Part shown: positions 25,421 through 38,534 of the stretch, one piece after another
How positions within the stretch are numbered: the first letter of the stretch is position 1
How the letters are laid out: each line of letters begins with the position of its first letter
Source of the DNA: Chiloscyllium plagiosum
Lineage: Eukaryota
NCBI RefSeq assembly: GCF_004010195.1
Contig: NC_057717.1
Location: 63,279,168-63,343,167 of the forward strand
Reading direction: 5' to 3'
Length of the DNA stretch: 64,000 bases
Program-made: the position numbers and the translations under genes
Notes under the pieces: generated by a model
Seen by the model: only the letters and a program-made list of their open reading frames with translations
What the model was told of the DNA's origin: nothing
Database searches by the model: none

Positions 25421-26729
25421 CATCTTTTAACTACTCAAATCGCCTCGGAGGGAGTTGCACATCCGGCTACCTCAGCTGGTAGAACAAGAGATTTTCAGTT
25501 TCAATTCTAATTTTTCACACAATGTACGTTTTAAACTTTGCTTTTTGAACTGAACCTTTGTTCCTTATTCCAGCGGCAGTGCCATCACATTTAAAGTGAG
25601 ACTTTCTCCTATTCGTTTTGAGTGATATTGCAGTGCTGATGCAACATACTGAAAAATCAACACTCACCGCCATAAGTAGTTTCATTTGTCATTTGGCATG
25701 GCACAGCGTGCATTGTTAGCAATTTTGGGAACAGCAGCTGAATTGTTGTTTATTTTAAAGTTTGAACACATAGGAAATGGAACTCTATAGTGGATGAAAA
25801 TTAACATAATGAGCTAAATGTAAAGTGATAAACAAAAATGGACATAAGAGCATGATACAAAATCTAAAGTCAAGGTTTATTGATCTATTAAAATGTTCAA
25901 ATGGATTAACGAGGCAGATAATCAAACTCAAGATATGAAATTAAGTAAATATGTGAAGTGAAAAATAAAAATACGTGAGCAACTCTCTCTTACATTGTAA
26001 TCTAAGCAATCTGCCACGTTATATTTGTGGGGCATCAAGAATAGGGAGGAATACACAGCAAATGATAGGATTGACCGTGTGTGCTGATCCCAGAAGGTAA
26101 AATAATACTTCAATAATATCTTTAAGTGAGGGAATGGCTTCATTTCCTCTCTCAGCCAAAATGCAGAATATAAGTGCATGCTGGAACTGTGTAAATAATG
26201 AGTTTACTCGCAGCTTGCTGATTGTGTGCAGTTCTGGTCACCCTGTCATATGGAAGGGAAAAATTGAACTGAAGAGAGAACAGAGGAAATTCATTAGTCT
26301 GTGAAAGTCAAAGTGCAGTTACGAGGAATGTTTGGAGCAAAGCATGCTGACAGGAGATTTGATCATCGATGCTGATCAACATGGTGACCTCAGCAATGTT
26401 CTGTAAAACTACAGCATGACATCACAACTCCGACTCTCAACGTTTTCATTGCGACATCTCGGAAGGGGAAAGTGGGTACTGTAGTTGTTCGAGATTAGAG
26501 TCAAGATTAGAGTGGTGCTGGAAAAGCACAGCAGGTCAGGAAGCATCCAAGGAGCAGGAAAATCGATGTTTCGGACAAAGAAGCACTTCATCTGGGATGG
26601 GGAGTCCGTTTTTGCTCTCTTCATCTTTGGTGAGTATTATACCAGTAAGAATGCTGATCATGAGATTGCAGGTTTCTTCGAATTTGTTCCATTTCGCAAT
26701 GAAAAAAATGTGTCATGCAAATACCGGAT

Positions 26730-27189
26730 GCAAAGATTGGTTTGGAACATGTGAAGGGCTGTTTGAGAGAATTTCCGGATAACTGCTTCTGCTAAGAATC
26801 CTGGTATTGATAATCTCATACGTGTCCCGTTGATTTGCTTGTATGTCTGGTCGTTGAAAGTGAAGTGGGCAGTGAGACACAAGACTAATACCTTGAAGAT
26901 GCTGTAAATGCTGATGGAGTTGGTGCTGTCTGTTACTTGCGTCCTTGGTACCGTCTCGTAGTGCAGTCAGTGTTTCTTTGGCCAGGCTGATGTTAATTGA
27001 TTTTGTTAGTTTGAAGGTAACCATGACTTCGTCTTCCCCTAGCCTGGTGCATGGGTGATGATGAAGAATTGTTTGGTGGACTGAATTCAGTAGCGTAAGG
27101 CTTCTAATAACTGTTTCAGTTTTTGGTGAAGCTTCTCTTGTCATCTGCATTTCAGTGTGCCAATGAGTGGCACTACGGGTCTGAAGCCA

Positions 27190-27220
<31 letters not shown>

Positions 27221-27870
27221 ACACACCCCTGGCGATTTTGTACCTTCTATAATTCTTTGAAAAGAGATTCGTTGAAAAGGTTTCATGCTTGAGCCGTCAG
27301 TCTTGTTCATTTCGCTTGCTTTGTGGAGATTCTGCAGTGCGCTGTGATCCAGTTTTCTTGCTGCGGAGTCAGATCCATTTCCACCTGTCGGAAGGTGTCA
27401 GTGTCTGTGAGTACAGAGTTTGCCTTTCCAATGTACTGTCTTCTGTAAGAATGACGGTCACGTACAATTTTTTAGTCGGTAGGATTACAATATCATTACA
27501 TTTTCTCAGTCCTTCCAGGGCTTTCCTTTCATGGGAATTCAGGGCGTGTCCTTTTTGTCGTCCTGTTTTGTGTTGAAGCTGCTGTCTGTCTGATGGCACG
27601 CTCAGTTTCTTCCATAAGTCCATTGTCTTTTGGATTGGATTCCAGTGCTAATTGAAGTTGTTTTTGTTCACAACCCTGGAGTTGTCGTTCATCCCTCTGA
27701 CTAAAAACTGCATCAGTCTCACAGGGAGGACACTAGCTGCCAGCATACACGAGCAGCAAATAGCCACCAAAAGACATGAACAACTATCACTACTATATGT
27801 ACGGACATGCACAGACGGACACCACTTCGACTGGGAGAATGAATTCATCCTAGTGCGGGCTCAATAAACG
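26730..27870. mobile_element. Older Penelope remnants: RT on the minus strand (26730-27620) and GIY-YIG on the plus strand (27655-27870)
   Basis: CLTAHFTFNDQTYKQINGT (26658..26882), RKALEGLRKCNDIVILPT (27369..27623), TGRTLAASIHEQQIATKRHEQLS...HHFDWEN (27652..27867). Confidence 0.85.
27190..27226 (+). repeat. Poly-C run followed by (CA)n microsatellite
   Basis: Seen directly in the sequence. Confidence 0.9.
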
Positions 27871-30460
27871 TACTGAAATTCATGGTGATGGATGAGACTC
27901 CCAGCTTTTTTGAAGTATATTGAGTTGGGAATTTCCTGCGAGAGAATTGGAAAGTAGGGTGATTTATTGAGTGTTACACTTGGAGAATGGTACTGAGGCC
28001 CACAGAGACCACGAAAATCCCAGTCTCTGCCTTGGCCTCTGATACCTCATCTCTCTGGAGCAGAAAATCCTGTTCACCCAGGAGTAGCTGAAAAAGATGA
28101 AGGCAGAGGCAATTGGACACACATGGAGAGGGATACCACATGAAGATATACCGAGTGACATCACCAGAGTTCAGGAAGGTATCAGGATCAAACAATGGTC
28201 ACGAAAAAGGTGGGTGGAATTGGGCCAGTACTCAGGGGTGAGTGAGCTATTAGTGGTCAGACGATGGCCTAGTGTTATTCACAAGACAGTGCAGCAAGCG
28301 AAATCCATTTGATAGATTAATATCTTTCAGGGTTGGAAATCTGTTATCAACAGCTGTCTAGCATGTATACCATCTAGAACAAAAGCAATGTGTGTGAGTC
28401 TCAGCTGATCTCTGAAATGGTCTAGCAAGCCACACATTTCAAGGTCAGCTCGGCCAAGAAACACTGAACAGCGAGAAACATCTACATCGCACATGTCAAA
28501 TAAACATAGCCCTGCTGGGACTAGTGTCTTGGCCAATCCCATTCATATGTTTATGAAAAGGTATTTAAACAGTCAGAGAAGACGCAGAAACATTCAGGTG
28601 AAAGGACCTTTCGAAATTCAGAGGAAAAGTGAAGTATCTGAAAAGCATTGGAGATATGGCTAAAGACAAAGTGGAAGGAACAGGAATGGACAGAGTTTGA
28701 ACTAAAACTGTACATCACCTAATAGGTTAGTTAGAGGAAATGCTGAGAACATGTAAATTATATATTTTTTTCGGAAAGGACAAATTACCTGAAATAAGTT
28801 AGATGGACAGATGTGGTAGAAGAGTGAAAAACCTGTAAAACATAAATATCCAATAGCATACAACAGTCCCGAGGCGCAGGCTGAATGGGAATGCAGATTG
28901 TGTAATACTGACAAAGGCATGACAAAAGAAAACAATTGGCCTCAGATTATTCAGTTGAATCCGCCTGCACTCTAGGTGCAACTTGTCGAAAGCACTGGCA
29001 GGAGAATGGATTTTCTGCTGCCGAGCAACATTTAGTTACTCATCACGGCATTAAACACGAATTATTAGAATTCGTAACAAATGCATGAGAACAGTTTGGG
29101 AGACGTCAATCTTTCTACATTCTGGGACAGACACACTTACAAACTGAAGTGTGGAGAATGCTTTTTGGCATATTTCTTTGAATACCAAATAGTGCAAGTC
29201 GTTATGAACATAACTCTCTCAGATCGATGAGGAGATAAAAGTGAGGGCATGAGAGACACCACACTGAGCGATCCTCAGGGAAATTGTAATATAGTCGCTG
29301 TTAATCATATAAAAGCCGATTACGTGAGTTTGAGTGGAGATCTAACTAAGCTAAACAGGGTAAACAGACTGAAATGTGCTGCTGGAAGTGAACGGTGGAA
29401 AACATTCGAAGGAACTGTGTAAAATATTCAACAGAAAGGTAAAAGGTAAAATATTTGGAAGACATTCCCAGCTGTGCTTCACTTAGGATGGAAAGGATCA
29501 GATTTAATTAAGAATGCTTCGAAGACAAGAAAACAACTAACAGTTCTGAAGAATCCAACATTTCAGAAATAGGGAAATATTTGTTAAAGGGATCCCAAGG
29601 AGTCACCTAGGATTAGGAGAGCAGTGAGAATCGGAATCATTGTCAGAGCTTAATGGGAAGATAAGTGTAGTGAGGGTTCAGGGTGATGCAGGTGTTCAGA
29701 ATATTAAAGAGAGTGGCAAGGTTCTGAAGAATGTTACAGGGGCAGTATGTATTTCTGCAGCTGGAGGAGTTTGCACTGGTAGCGATGGAAGTATGCGTTT
29801 TAATTTATGCATTCATGGTCTGAGGATGTAACTGGTTGGACCAGCATATATTGCCACTGCTAATTTCACGGAGGTCTTTCAGAATCTGCCAGATTGCTGT
29901 GGGTCTGGGGTAACATGTGATCCACAGCAGGTAAGAATGCTGTGTCCTTCACTAAAGGACATAAATGAACCAGCTGAGTCTTTGTTTACCCATATAATTA
30001 ACAACTATTTTATCGACCTGTCCCCGATGTCTTGCACAGCCACAGCATGACATCCCAACACCTATTCTCAATGGTCTGACAATGAAGGCAAGCGACCAAA
30101 GCACCTGCTTCACTAGACTGTCTACCTGTAACACAAAATTCAAATAACTGTGTCGTTGCATCCCTAGGTCTTTCTGTTTGATAATACTACCCAGACCACG
30201 AACATTAATTAAACAAGTCCCGCGCTGGTTTGTATTCGCAAAATGCAACGTCGTGGAGATCTCCACCTGCTGTACCTCAACACTGGATCCGCAATATTAC
30301 TGATCCCGTTGTACTCGTAGATAATCCACTTCACTGTCCACGTTACCACCAATTTCAATGTCACTCGTAAAATTGCTATAACTCCTGTTCTCTCATACAA
30401 ATCGTTTATGTAAACGATGCACAACAGTGGACCCAACACCGAACTTCATTGCTCACTGTT

Positions 30461-31955
30461 GTGGTTCTGTTCGCCGAGCTGGAAGTTTTTGTTGCAAACG
30501 TTTCGTCCCTGGCTAGGCGACATCATCAGTGCTTGGGAGCCTCCTGCGAAGCGCTTCTTTGATGTTTCCTCCGGTGTTTATGGTGGTCTGTCCCTGCCGC
30601 TTCCGTTCTACAAAAAAACGGACAGATAACCAGAGCTGACCTACAAAGAATGAAACCGGAAAGCAACAACACCCCCAGATTCTATGGATTACCTAAAGTA
30701 CACAAACCAGACATCTCATCAGACCCATAGTATCACTACCAGGGACATCATCATACAAACTGGCCAAAGAACTACAACAGAAACTGAAACACCTGGTCAG
30801 CGAATCCAAACACTCTATACAACCAACACAGGAATTCTTGGACATCATCAGAAATATACACATAGACAAAGAAGAAACCATGATATCATTCGACGTGAAG
30901 GCACTGTTCACTTCGATTGACAAAACCCTAGCCAGAGAAACAATAGCCAACCTACTGGACAGTCAGAACAGAAAACAGGACGCTGAACCTATCAACAAAG
31001 AAGGCATACTTAAACTACTGGACTTGTGCCTCACAACACACTTCACATTCAACAACCAGATATACGAACAAATCAACAGAACACCCATGGGATCACCAAT
31101 CTCGGGACTCATAGCAGAGGCAGGTATGCAAAGGTTAGAACAAACAGTCCTACCACAAATTCAACCCAAACTCTGGGCCAGATANNNNNNNNNNNNNNNN
31201 NNNNNNNNNNNNNNNNNNNNNNNNNNNNNNNNNNNNNNNNNNNNNNNNNNNNNNNNNNNNNNNNNNNNNNNNNNNNNNNNNNNNNNNNNNNNNNNNNNNN
31301 NNNNNNNNNNNNNNNNNNNNNNNNNNNNNNNNNNNNNNNNNNNNNNNNNNNNNNNNNNNNNNNNNNNNNNNNNNNNNNNNNNNNNNNNNNNNNNNNNNNN
31401 NNNNNNNNNNNNNNNNNNNNNNNNNNNNNNNNNNNNNNNNNNNNNNNNNNNNNNNNNNNNNNNNNNNNNNNNNNNNNNNNNNNNNNNNNNNNNNNNNNNN
31501 NNNNNNNNNNNNNNNNNNNNNNNNNNNNNNNNNNNNNNNNNNNNNNNNNNNNNNNNNNNNNNNNNNNNNNNNNNNNNNNNNNNNNNNNNNNNNNNNNNNN
31601 NNNNNNNNNNNNNNNNNNNNNNNNNNNNNNNNNNNNNNNNNNNNNNNNNNNNNNNNNNNNNNNNNNNNNNNNNNNNNNNNNNNNNNNNNNNNNNNNNNNN
31701 NNNNNNNNNNNNNNNNNNNNNNNNNNNNNNNNNNNNNNNNNNNNNNNNNNNNNNGACAGCTGAAACTGACAACCCGAAGCGGCAGGGACAGACCACTATA
31801 AACACCGGAGGAAACATCAAAGAAGCGCTTCGCAGGAGGCTCCCAAGCACTGATGATGTCGCCTAGCCAGGGGACGAAACGTTTGCAACAAAAACTTCCA
31901 GCTCGGCGAACCACAACAACGAGCACCCGAGCTACAAATCTTCGCACAAACTTTG
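30461..31955 (+). mobile_element. Young 5'-truncated Penelope-like element with inverted 5' pLTR and a 16-bp TSD
   Basis: RT ORF 30838-31184: MISFDVKALFTSID...CLTTHFTFNNQIYEQINRTPMGSPISGLIAE. 3' pLTR at 31755-31955, inverted pLTR copy at 30461-30606. TTCATTGCTCACTGTT is duplicated at 30445-30460 and 31956-31971. Confidence 0.95.
31847..31886 (+). ncRNA. Minimal type I hammerhead ribozyme motif in Penelope pLTR (copies at 30494-30532 minus, 40302-40341, 52754-52793)
   Basis: GCA-CTGATGA-T-GTC(G)CCT AGCC AGG(G)GAC-GAAAC-GTT-TGC: CUGANGA and GAAA cores, stem II, palindromic ACGU helix III and a GCA/UGC helix I. Confidence 0.75.
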
Positions 31956-32089
31956 TTCATTGCTCACTGTTTCGCATCGGCCTGCACCTTGACCACAACC
32001 CACTATGAACACGCTTTGTCGATGACTGTCAATCAAATTTTGAATCCAGTTGGTGAGCAGTTCCTGGCCCTGTGTGATCTAAACTTATT

Positions 32090-33900
32090 AATATGTCAGG
32101 GGAGGGCAATCAACAAATAAATAACAATAGTTTCTAAAATTGTATGGCAATTGTTATGGGGAATATTGGGCGAACCAGCTCGGTCACGTTCGACTTGAGG
32201 AAGAGTTAGTTCAGTGTTTCCGTGATAGTTGGCTAGTACACTATGGAATGGAATCAATGAGGGAACATTGTGTCCGAGATCTGGTCCTACGTAATGAGGC
32301 AGGAATAATTAATGACCTGTTTGTTTGAAATCTTCTTGGAATGAGTGATCATAGTTTTTTTCATCAATTAAGAGTACAAGTGGAGTGTGTGAAGATAAAA
32401 TCCAATGCCACGGCCCTGTGCTTAAAAACGGGAGACTACAATAGAATGAGTGAGGACTTGACTTAAATAGACTGAAAGCAAATATTTTAATGTGAATATG
32501 TTGACGATCTGCGCAGGACATTCAGAGGACTTTTTTTCGATGTTCAGCAAAAAAAAACACAACATATTCTAGTGAAAAGAAACGACTGTTAGAAAAGGAG
32601 GTAATATGCAATGATTATCTGAGGAAACAAGGGAGGCTTACAATTGAAAAAGAAGCGATACAAAGTTTCCAAAAACAGCAGTGATCGAGAAGATTGGGAA
32701 AACTTCAAAGGTCAACAGAGAGCCGCCAAAAGCGCTACAAAGATAGTAAGGTCGAACATGAGATAAAGTACCACAGAAGAAAATGTAGTTCTGGTTCAGA
32801 CAGCAAAATGTTCGATAATTGTTCACAGCACAAATGAGTGGCGAAAGTAAATGTTAGTTATTTAGATGATAAGGAGAAACATTTAGTTATGGAACATGAT
32901 TAAACGACTGAGGCACTGAACAGGTATTTGTGATCGGTCTTCACAGTGGAGGACACTCAAAACATGCCAGTGATCGATAAAGAGACGAATGTAGGTAAGG
33001 AGAGTGCTGCTCGGAAAGCTGCTGCTTCCAAACGAAATTGCTGAAATATAACCCAGTTTTGTGTGAATTTTAATTTTGTCCACACCAGTCGAGCGCCAGC
33101 ACCCTCAGACATTGACAGGAGTAACAGTAAAAAGGATTATTACTTGAATGGTAAAATGTTGCAGCACTCAACTGTGTCGAGGGATTTGGGTGTACTTGTG
33201 CATGAGTCAGAGAACGTTGGTCTGAAAGTGAAACAACTAATTAGGAAGACAAATTAAATGTTGTCCTTCATTGGTTGAAGGGATTGAGTTGAAGAGCAGA
33301 GTGTTTTGTTTTGCAACTGTGCAAGGTGCTGCCGAAGCCTGGATTACCGTGTGTTGTTTTCGTCTCTTTACTTGAGGAAGGATGTATTGACACAGGAGGG
33401 GTGCACAGGACGTTCACGAGTTCGATTTCGAAGTTGAGAGGATTGGCTTATAAGGAGATGGAAAGAGTATTTTGGGACTTTATTCATTGGAATTCAAACC
33501 AATCGGCGAGATCTCGGGATAAAAAGAAACTAAAAAAAAGAGGGAGTATAGATAATAGACGTGGAAAGGATTTTTTTATTGGCAGGTGAAGCTAGGAGAA
33601 GAGGGCATAGCCAAAAGATTAGAAGGAGCAGCATTCGGACTAAGTTGAGAAGGTACCTTTACACCAAAAATGCTTTTGATCTGCGGAATTCCTATTGCAG
33701 TGAAGCAGTTCACATTACTTCAGTAAACGTTTTAAAGCTAAGGTTGACATACCCTTGACAAGAAAAATTAATGAAAGGGTAAGGTGTGCGCGCTGATAAT
33801 TTGTTCTGTGTCCAGGAATAGATAAGCAATGACCTTATTGAACGGTGGAGCAGGCTTGAAGGGCCAGAGAACCTACCTCTGCTCGTAGTTGTTATGTTCT
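32090..33900 (+). mobile_element. Degenerate CR1 LINE (endonuclease C-terminal region to 3' end, internally deleted)
   Basis: HCVRDLVLRNEAGIINDL (LDLVL), GGAATGAGTGATCAT (SDH), RDLGVLVHES and RGHSQKIR motifs; 3' tail at ~33840-33900. Confidence 0.8.
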
Positions 33901-36450
33901 TTTCTTCTGCCATGCAGAACCTTGCCAACGGCCTTGTTAAAGTCCATGTAGACAAGGTGTACTGCTTTACCTTGATATACAACTTCTCTACCTCCTCAAA
34001 AACCAGTCAGGTTAGTCAGAAACGACTTTGCACGCAAAAAACCCTTGCTTACTATTGCTCATTACTCCTTGCCTTTCCAAATGCCTGATAATCTATTCTT
34101 TCAGAATTTACTCCAACAACTGATACACTACATTCATCAGTTTCATTGGTCTTTCGAGCCTGTCGATGATACAAATATATCTGCAAGCGGCTCTCAATTT
34201 CCTCCTGAGCATCTCATGAAGTGCTGTCATACGTCTGCTCATGTCCCCAGGTTTCGCAAACCTTTTTGCATTTCAAGACTTCCAGCACATCTTACTCTAC
34301 AACGTGAACACTTTCCAAGATATCACAAATTTTTCTCCGTGATTCCTGAGGTTCCTATCATTCTCAATAGGAGGTCCTACAGCAAAATATTTCTTTCAGA
34401 TCTCCCCCATCAACAGTGGATACACATCGACAACCTCATTGATCTTTAAGGGGCCCTAGTCTCTCCCGAGCTAAGATTTATCCCATATTGAAACTGTTCA
34501 AAACGTTTCTGGATATTCAAACGTCCCCAAACCGAGAGTCCTCTCCCACATCTCTATCAATTCTGTCATTAATGGTCACTCCAAAATGTAAAATCCAAAC
34601 AGGTTTAAAAATATTTCCCTTTCATAAAATCATGTGTATCCCATTTTTTTTCTAAGTGTGCAGTTATTATTTATTGTCATATCCTATTTATTACACTCTA
34701 GCTTTTCCCAACTTACTGTCAGATGCTAGCACCGTTTGGTTTCACACAATCTGCACAAGGAGTTTTGAGAATTCTTGTCTAACTGGCAGCTTACAGTTCA
34801 GCAGGTAATAGAGCATGTAAACAAGATGCTGTAATTTATTACAATGGGAATGGATTGCAAACATAGGGAGGACTTGCTAAAATTATACATGTAACGAATC
34901 AAATGAAGCATCGAATAATATGAACAGTACGAGTGTCCTAGGGAAAGAAATTCTGGCTTTGCAGGCAGGGCAGAGAATGATCGGTTGATCTTGGGGCTGG
35001 ACGGATATTCTAATCATAAGGGGTTGAGTCAGTTGAGCTTGAACACATTGTAATTTAGAAAAATGAAAGAGAATTTCAATACACATCCAAGATTCTGAGT
35101 GCATTTGCCATGTTGAGACTGGGAGGTTAGAAAATAGAACAGTAAAGCGCAGCAAATGCCCTTCGGCACTCCATGGCTGTGTTGACCATGATGCTTTTAT
35201 AAACTAATACCATCTGCCTGCACGTGGCTCATATCTCTTTAATCTCTGCCTGTTCATATTTATATCTGAACCCAACTTAAACACTTTGCTAATGTTTCCT
35301 CTTCTACATGATCCTGGGCAGATTCCACCTTCTGTGCAACAAAAAACTTGTTCCGTTCATCTCATTTACAATTGTCATTTTCACCTGAGACTAAGGCGCC
35401 CTAGCATTTGATATTTCCATGTTGGAAAAGAGATTCCGACCATCCAGACTATTTGCGCCTCTGCCAATGCAATATATCTGGACCAGGTCGCCTTTGAGCT
35501 TCCACCACTCTAGGAAAATCAATCCAACTGTGTCTAACCTCTCCCTATCGTCAATACTCCTGCATACAGGCAAAATTTCGACTTCTCCTTGTCACATTGT
35601 CATTCAGTCAACATTCTTGTATACCTCTTTTGCACCTTCTCCAAAGCCTCCGCATCCTTCCGATCGTGTGGCGATGATAACTACACATACCATTCCAAAC
35701 TGAGCCGATTGAAGCTTTATTCAGATACAGCATGACATATAAACGTCTGCAATTAATGCTGCAATCGAGGGAGGCAAACATGCCGTACACCTTCTTTACT
35801 ATCACATCATGCTGTGTTGTTATTTTCAGGAAGCTATGGAAATGCAACCAAGATCCATCTGTATAGCACAGTCGGTTGTTCATAGTGCATTTGACCCTAC
35901 CATTTGACTTCCAAAATGCTTCACCTCATACTTGTCACGATGAAATGCAATTATTTTTCATTTCTCCAACCAGTGTTCCAGCTGATCAACATATTGCTAC
36001 AGTCTTTTACATCCTTCCTCATAATTCACAATTCTCCCAGATATCCCAATAACTAAATGTCTTTCCACACATCGTCTGTAAAATTACTAATCAGAGCGCT
36101 GACGTTTTCCTCTTAATCACTGATATAAATTACAAACAGAGATTGCAGCACTGGTTCTTGCACAACATCTGTGGCCACAGACCTCTAAACAGAAATAAAC
36201 CGTCCACACACCTGTGACTACCGTGACAAAGAAAATTTTGTATCCAACTTACCAATCACCATGGATTCCATAGAATGTGATTTGATTTTGCAGACCAACC
36301 TGCCATTGTCAAGTGGTTTAGTAATGTTGATGTAGAGAATCTCCACAGCCTTACGCTGAATAATTATTTTTGCCACATCGTTTTGTTTTACTTTGTGTGA
36401 GAATCTGTGACTAGAGACAATCAATCTCAACAAGATCTTACTCAATCAAT
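33900..36450 (-). mobile_element. Cluster of degenerate CR1 fragments, mostly minus strand (plus-strand piece ~34740-35130)
   Basis: DFxKAFD/KPLDNGRLVCKIKSH remnants (36218..36445), ERLDTVGLIFLEWWKLKGDL (35391..35573) and a 3' tail at ~35130. Confidence 0.7.
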
Positions 36451-36639
36451 AAGGAGGTGAGGATGAATTTAGTCTCTCAGTGGGTATTGAAGCTGTGGAT
36501 TGCTTAACTGCAGAAGGCTGTCGATGCTCGGTCATTAAGTATAATTCCGACAGCGATTATCAGACTTTGGTTAGTCCGGGAAAGAAGGGTTACCTCGACA
36601 ACCTCGATGCGAATGCTGAGGGTGTTTCAGTGATAGTGT

Positions 36640-37030
36640 GTGTTTGAGGGTTAGTTGAGATTATAGAGTTAAGAAGTCTTCAGGGGGTTGAGGTTCTTAC
36701 AGTGTCAAAGGCAGTTAACAGCTGTCAGAGAATGTCAGAGAATCGCGCGAGGAAGGGTTTCATAGTTTGGAGCAAGTTGCAGAGTTGGAGTGCCTCGATG
36801 AGATTTCAGAGGTAGGGACAGCTGTGAGGCTGTGGATCGTTACAGTGGCCAAATTGAGCAGGATGTCGAAACATTCAGTGGAGTCGAGAATGTGGTAGAT
36901 TTAACAGCAGTTGTGGAGTCGGGAGAATATTACACGAATGGGAATTATGGCATGGACTGGAGAATATTACAGGGATATGGAGGATGGGGTGGACTGGAAA
37001 ATGTTACAGGTGCAGGGAGTATGGAATGCT
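36640..37030 (+). repeat. Highly degenerate ~35-bp purine-rich tandem repeat (GGACTGGAGAATxTTACAG-like)
   Basis: Recurring GGAGAATATTACA / GGACTGGAGAATATTACAGGG / GGACTGGAAAATGTTACAGG at ~35-bp spacing; a similar tract lies at ~29600-29790. Confidence 0.5.
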
Positions 37031-37910
37031 CCTTGAATGGGATACATGGTCTACATACATTTCAGTAAGAACTTTGATAAGGATCCATATGGCAGGCTGC
37101 TCTGGAAGAATAGATTACATGGAACTCAGAGGGAGCTGACAAATTGGATACACAACTGGCTTGATGGTAGGAAGCAGACGGGAATAGCGGAAGGATGTTT
37201 GTTGGACTGGGTGCTTGTGACTAGTGCGGTTCCTCAGGGAATGGTGCTGAGGCCATTACTGTTTTTTTCTCAATGACTTCAATGACAACGTTCAGGCATG
37301 ATGAGGAAGTTTTAGATCACAATAAAAAGGGCACTATCGTGGACAGTGAGAAAGTGTATTAGAAATTGTGACAGGTGGGGAAGTCGCCTCAGAAATGGTA
37401 AACGTGGTTTAATATAGATACGTGTGAGGGCTTGCATTTTGCAAGATCAAGTAAAGGTAGAATTTCCATGGTGAATAGCAGAGCCTTAAGCGTGCACTGG
37501 AAAAAAAATACCTTGGTGTTCAGGTGCACGGTTCTCTGAAAGTGGAGTCACAACTACACAGTACAATGAAGGAGGCTTCCGGCACACTGTCCTTCATCAG
37601 TCAGGACATGAAGTACAGAAGTTGGGAAATTATGTTGCAGTTATACAGGATGTCGGTGAGGCCATAGTCCGATCATTGTGTTCAGTTTTGTTAACCTTGC
37701 TATTGGAAGAATATTATTAAACGGGAAAATAGGGCAATATAAATTTGAAAGGATCTACCCAGGACTCAATGCTCTCAGGTATAGGACGAGACTGGACAAG
37801 CATAACATTTTTCTTTAGAGAGTAGGAAACAGAGGGGTATCTTTGGGAAGCGTAGAGGTCATGAGGCGCATGAAGAGGGTGAACACACTCAGTATTTTTC
37901 CCCAGGGTAA
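37030..37910 (+). mobile_element. CR1 RT fragment
   Basis: VYIHFSKNFDKDPYGRL...WIHNWLDGRKQ...VTSAVPQGMVLRPLLF (37037..37276). Confidence 0.88.
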
Positions 37911-37914
37911 TTGA

Positions 37915-38330
37915 AGAACTCCCGAGACTCGAGTCTCCCTGCCGAACATCAAAGACATCTCGGAGATGACGACCAGGTTACTCCGGCCCAAGGCATCATC
38001 GCAGCCCGAAAACTTACCACGACATTTAAACAGCTCTTGATGACTTTAAATGACTGCGTACCCACAACCAGTAGATTGAATGTCATGTACAAAATGTCTT
38101 ACAACGACTGCAACAAATATGACATTGGACAACCGGGCATTAAACTAGCCACCAGGATATATGAGCATAAACTAGCCACCCAAATACACGATCAGCTATA
38201 ACCGTCATCATGCACAAACGATGAGGGACATCAGTTCGACGAGGACAATACTTCCAGCCTGTGAAAGACGAAACAAACACACTCACGAGAACTCCTGTCA
38301 TTCCAAGCAGAACTCCATCAGTAAAGGCAT
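37915..38330 (+). mobile_element. Older Penelope GIY-YIG fragment
   Basis: NVMYKMSYNDCNKYDIGQPGIKLATRIYEH (37911..38201). Confidence 0.82.
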
Positions 38331-38534
38331 CCACATGGTGGAAGAGCCCAGCACAACAATAGGAAACTAAGGCTGAAACGTTCACAAAATGGTTCAGACA
38401 GAAGTGTCGAAGGGATGATCTATTTTAGTCTCCTCCAGATGACAGTTTTCAACTAACTTGATTCAGTTCGTGTGGTAGCTGTAAGCAGGCTGCAGGGACT
38501 GGATAATGCAAAGGCTGTGGGCCCTAATAACATT

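Larger units (their letters stand above)
30010..32090 (-). mobile_element. CR1 RT fragment split by the Penelope insertion at 30461-31955
   Basis: LGPLLCIVYINDL (30209..30439) and KDLGMQRHSYL (29952..30266); the host sequence resumes at 31956. Confidence 0.8.
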
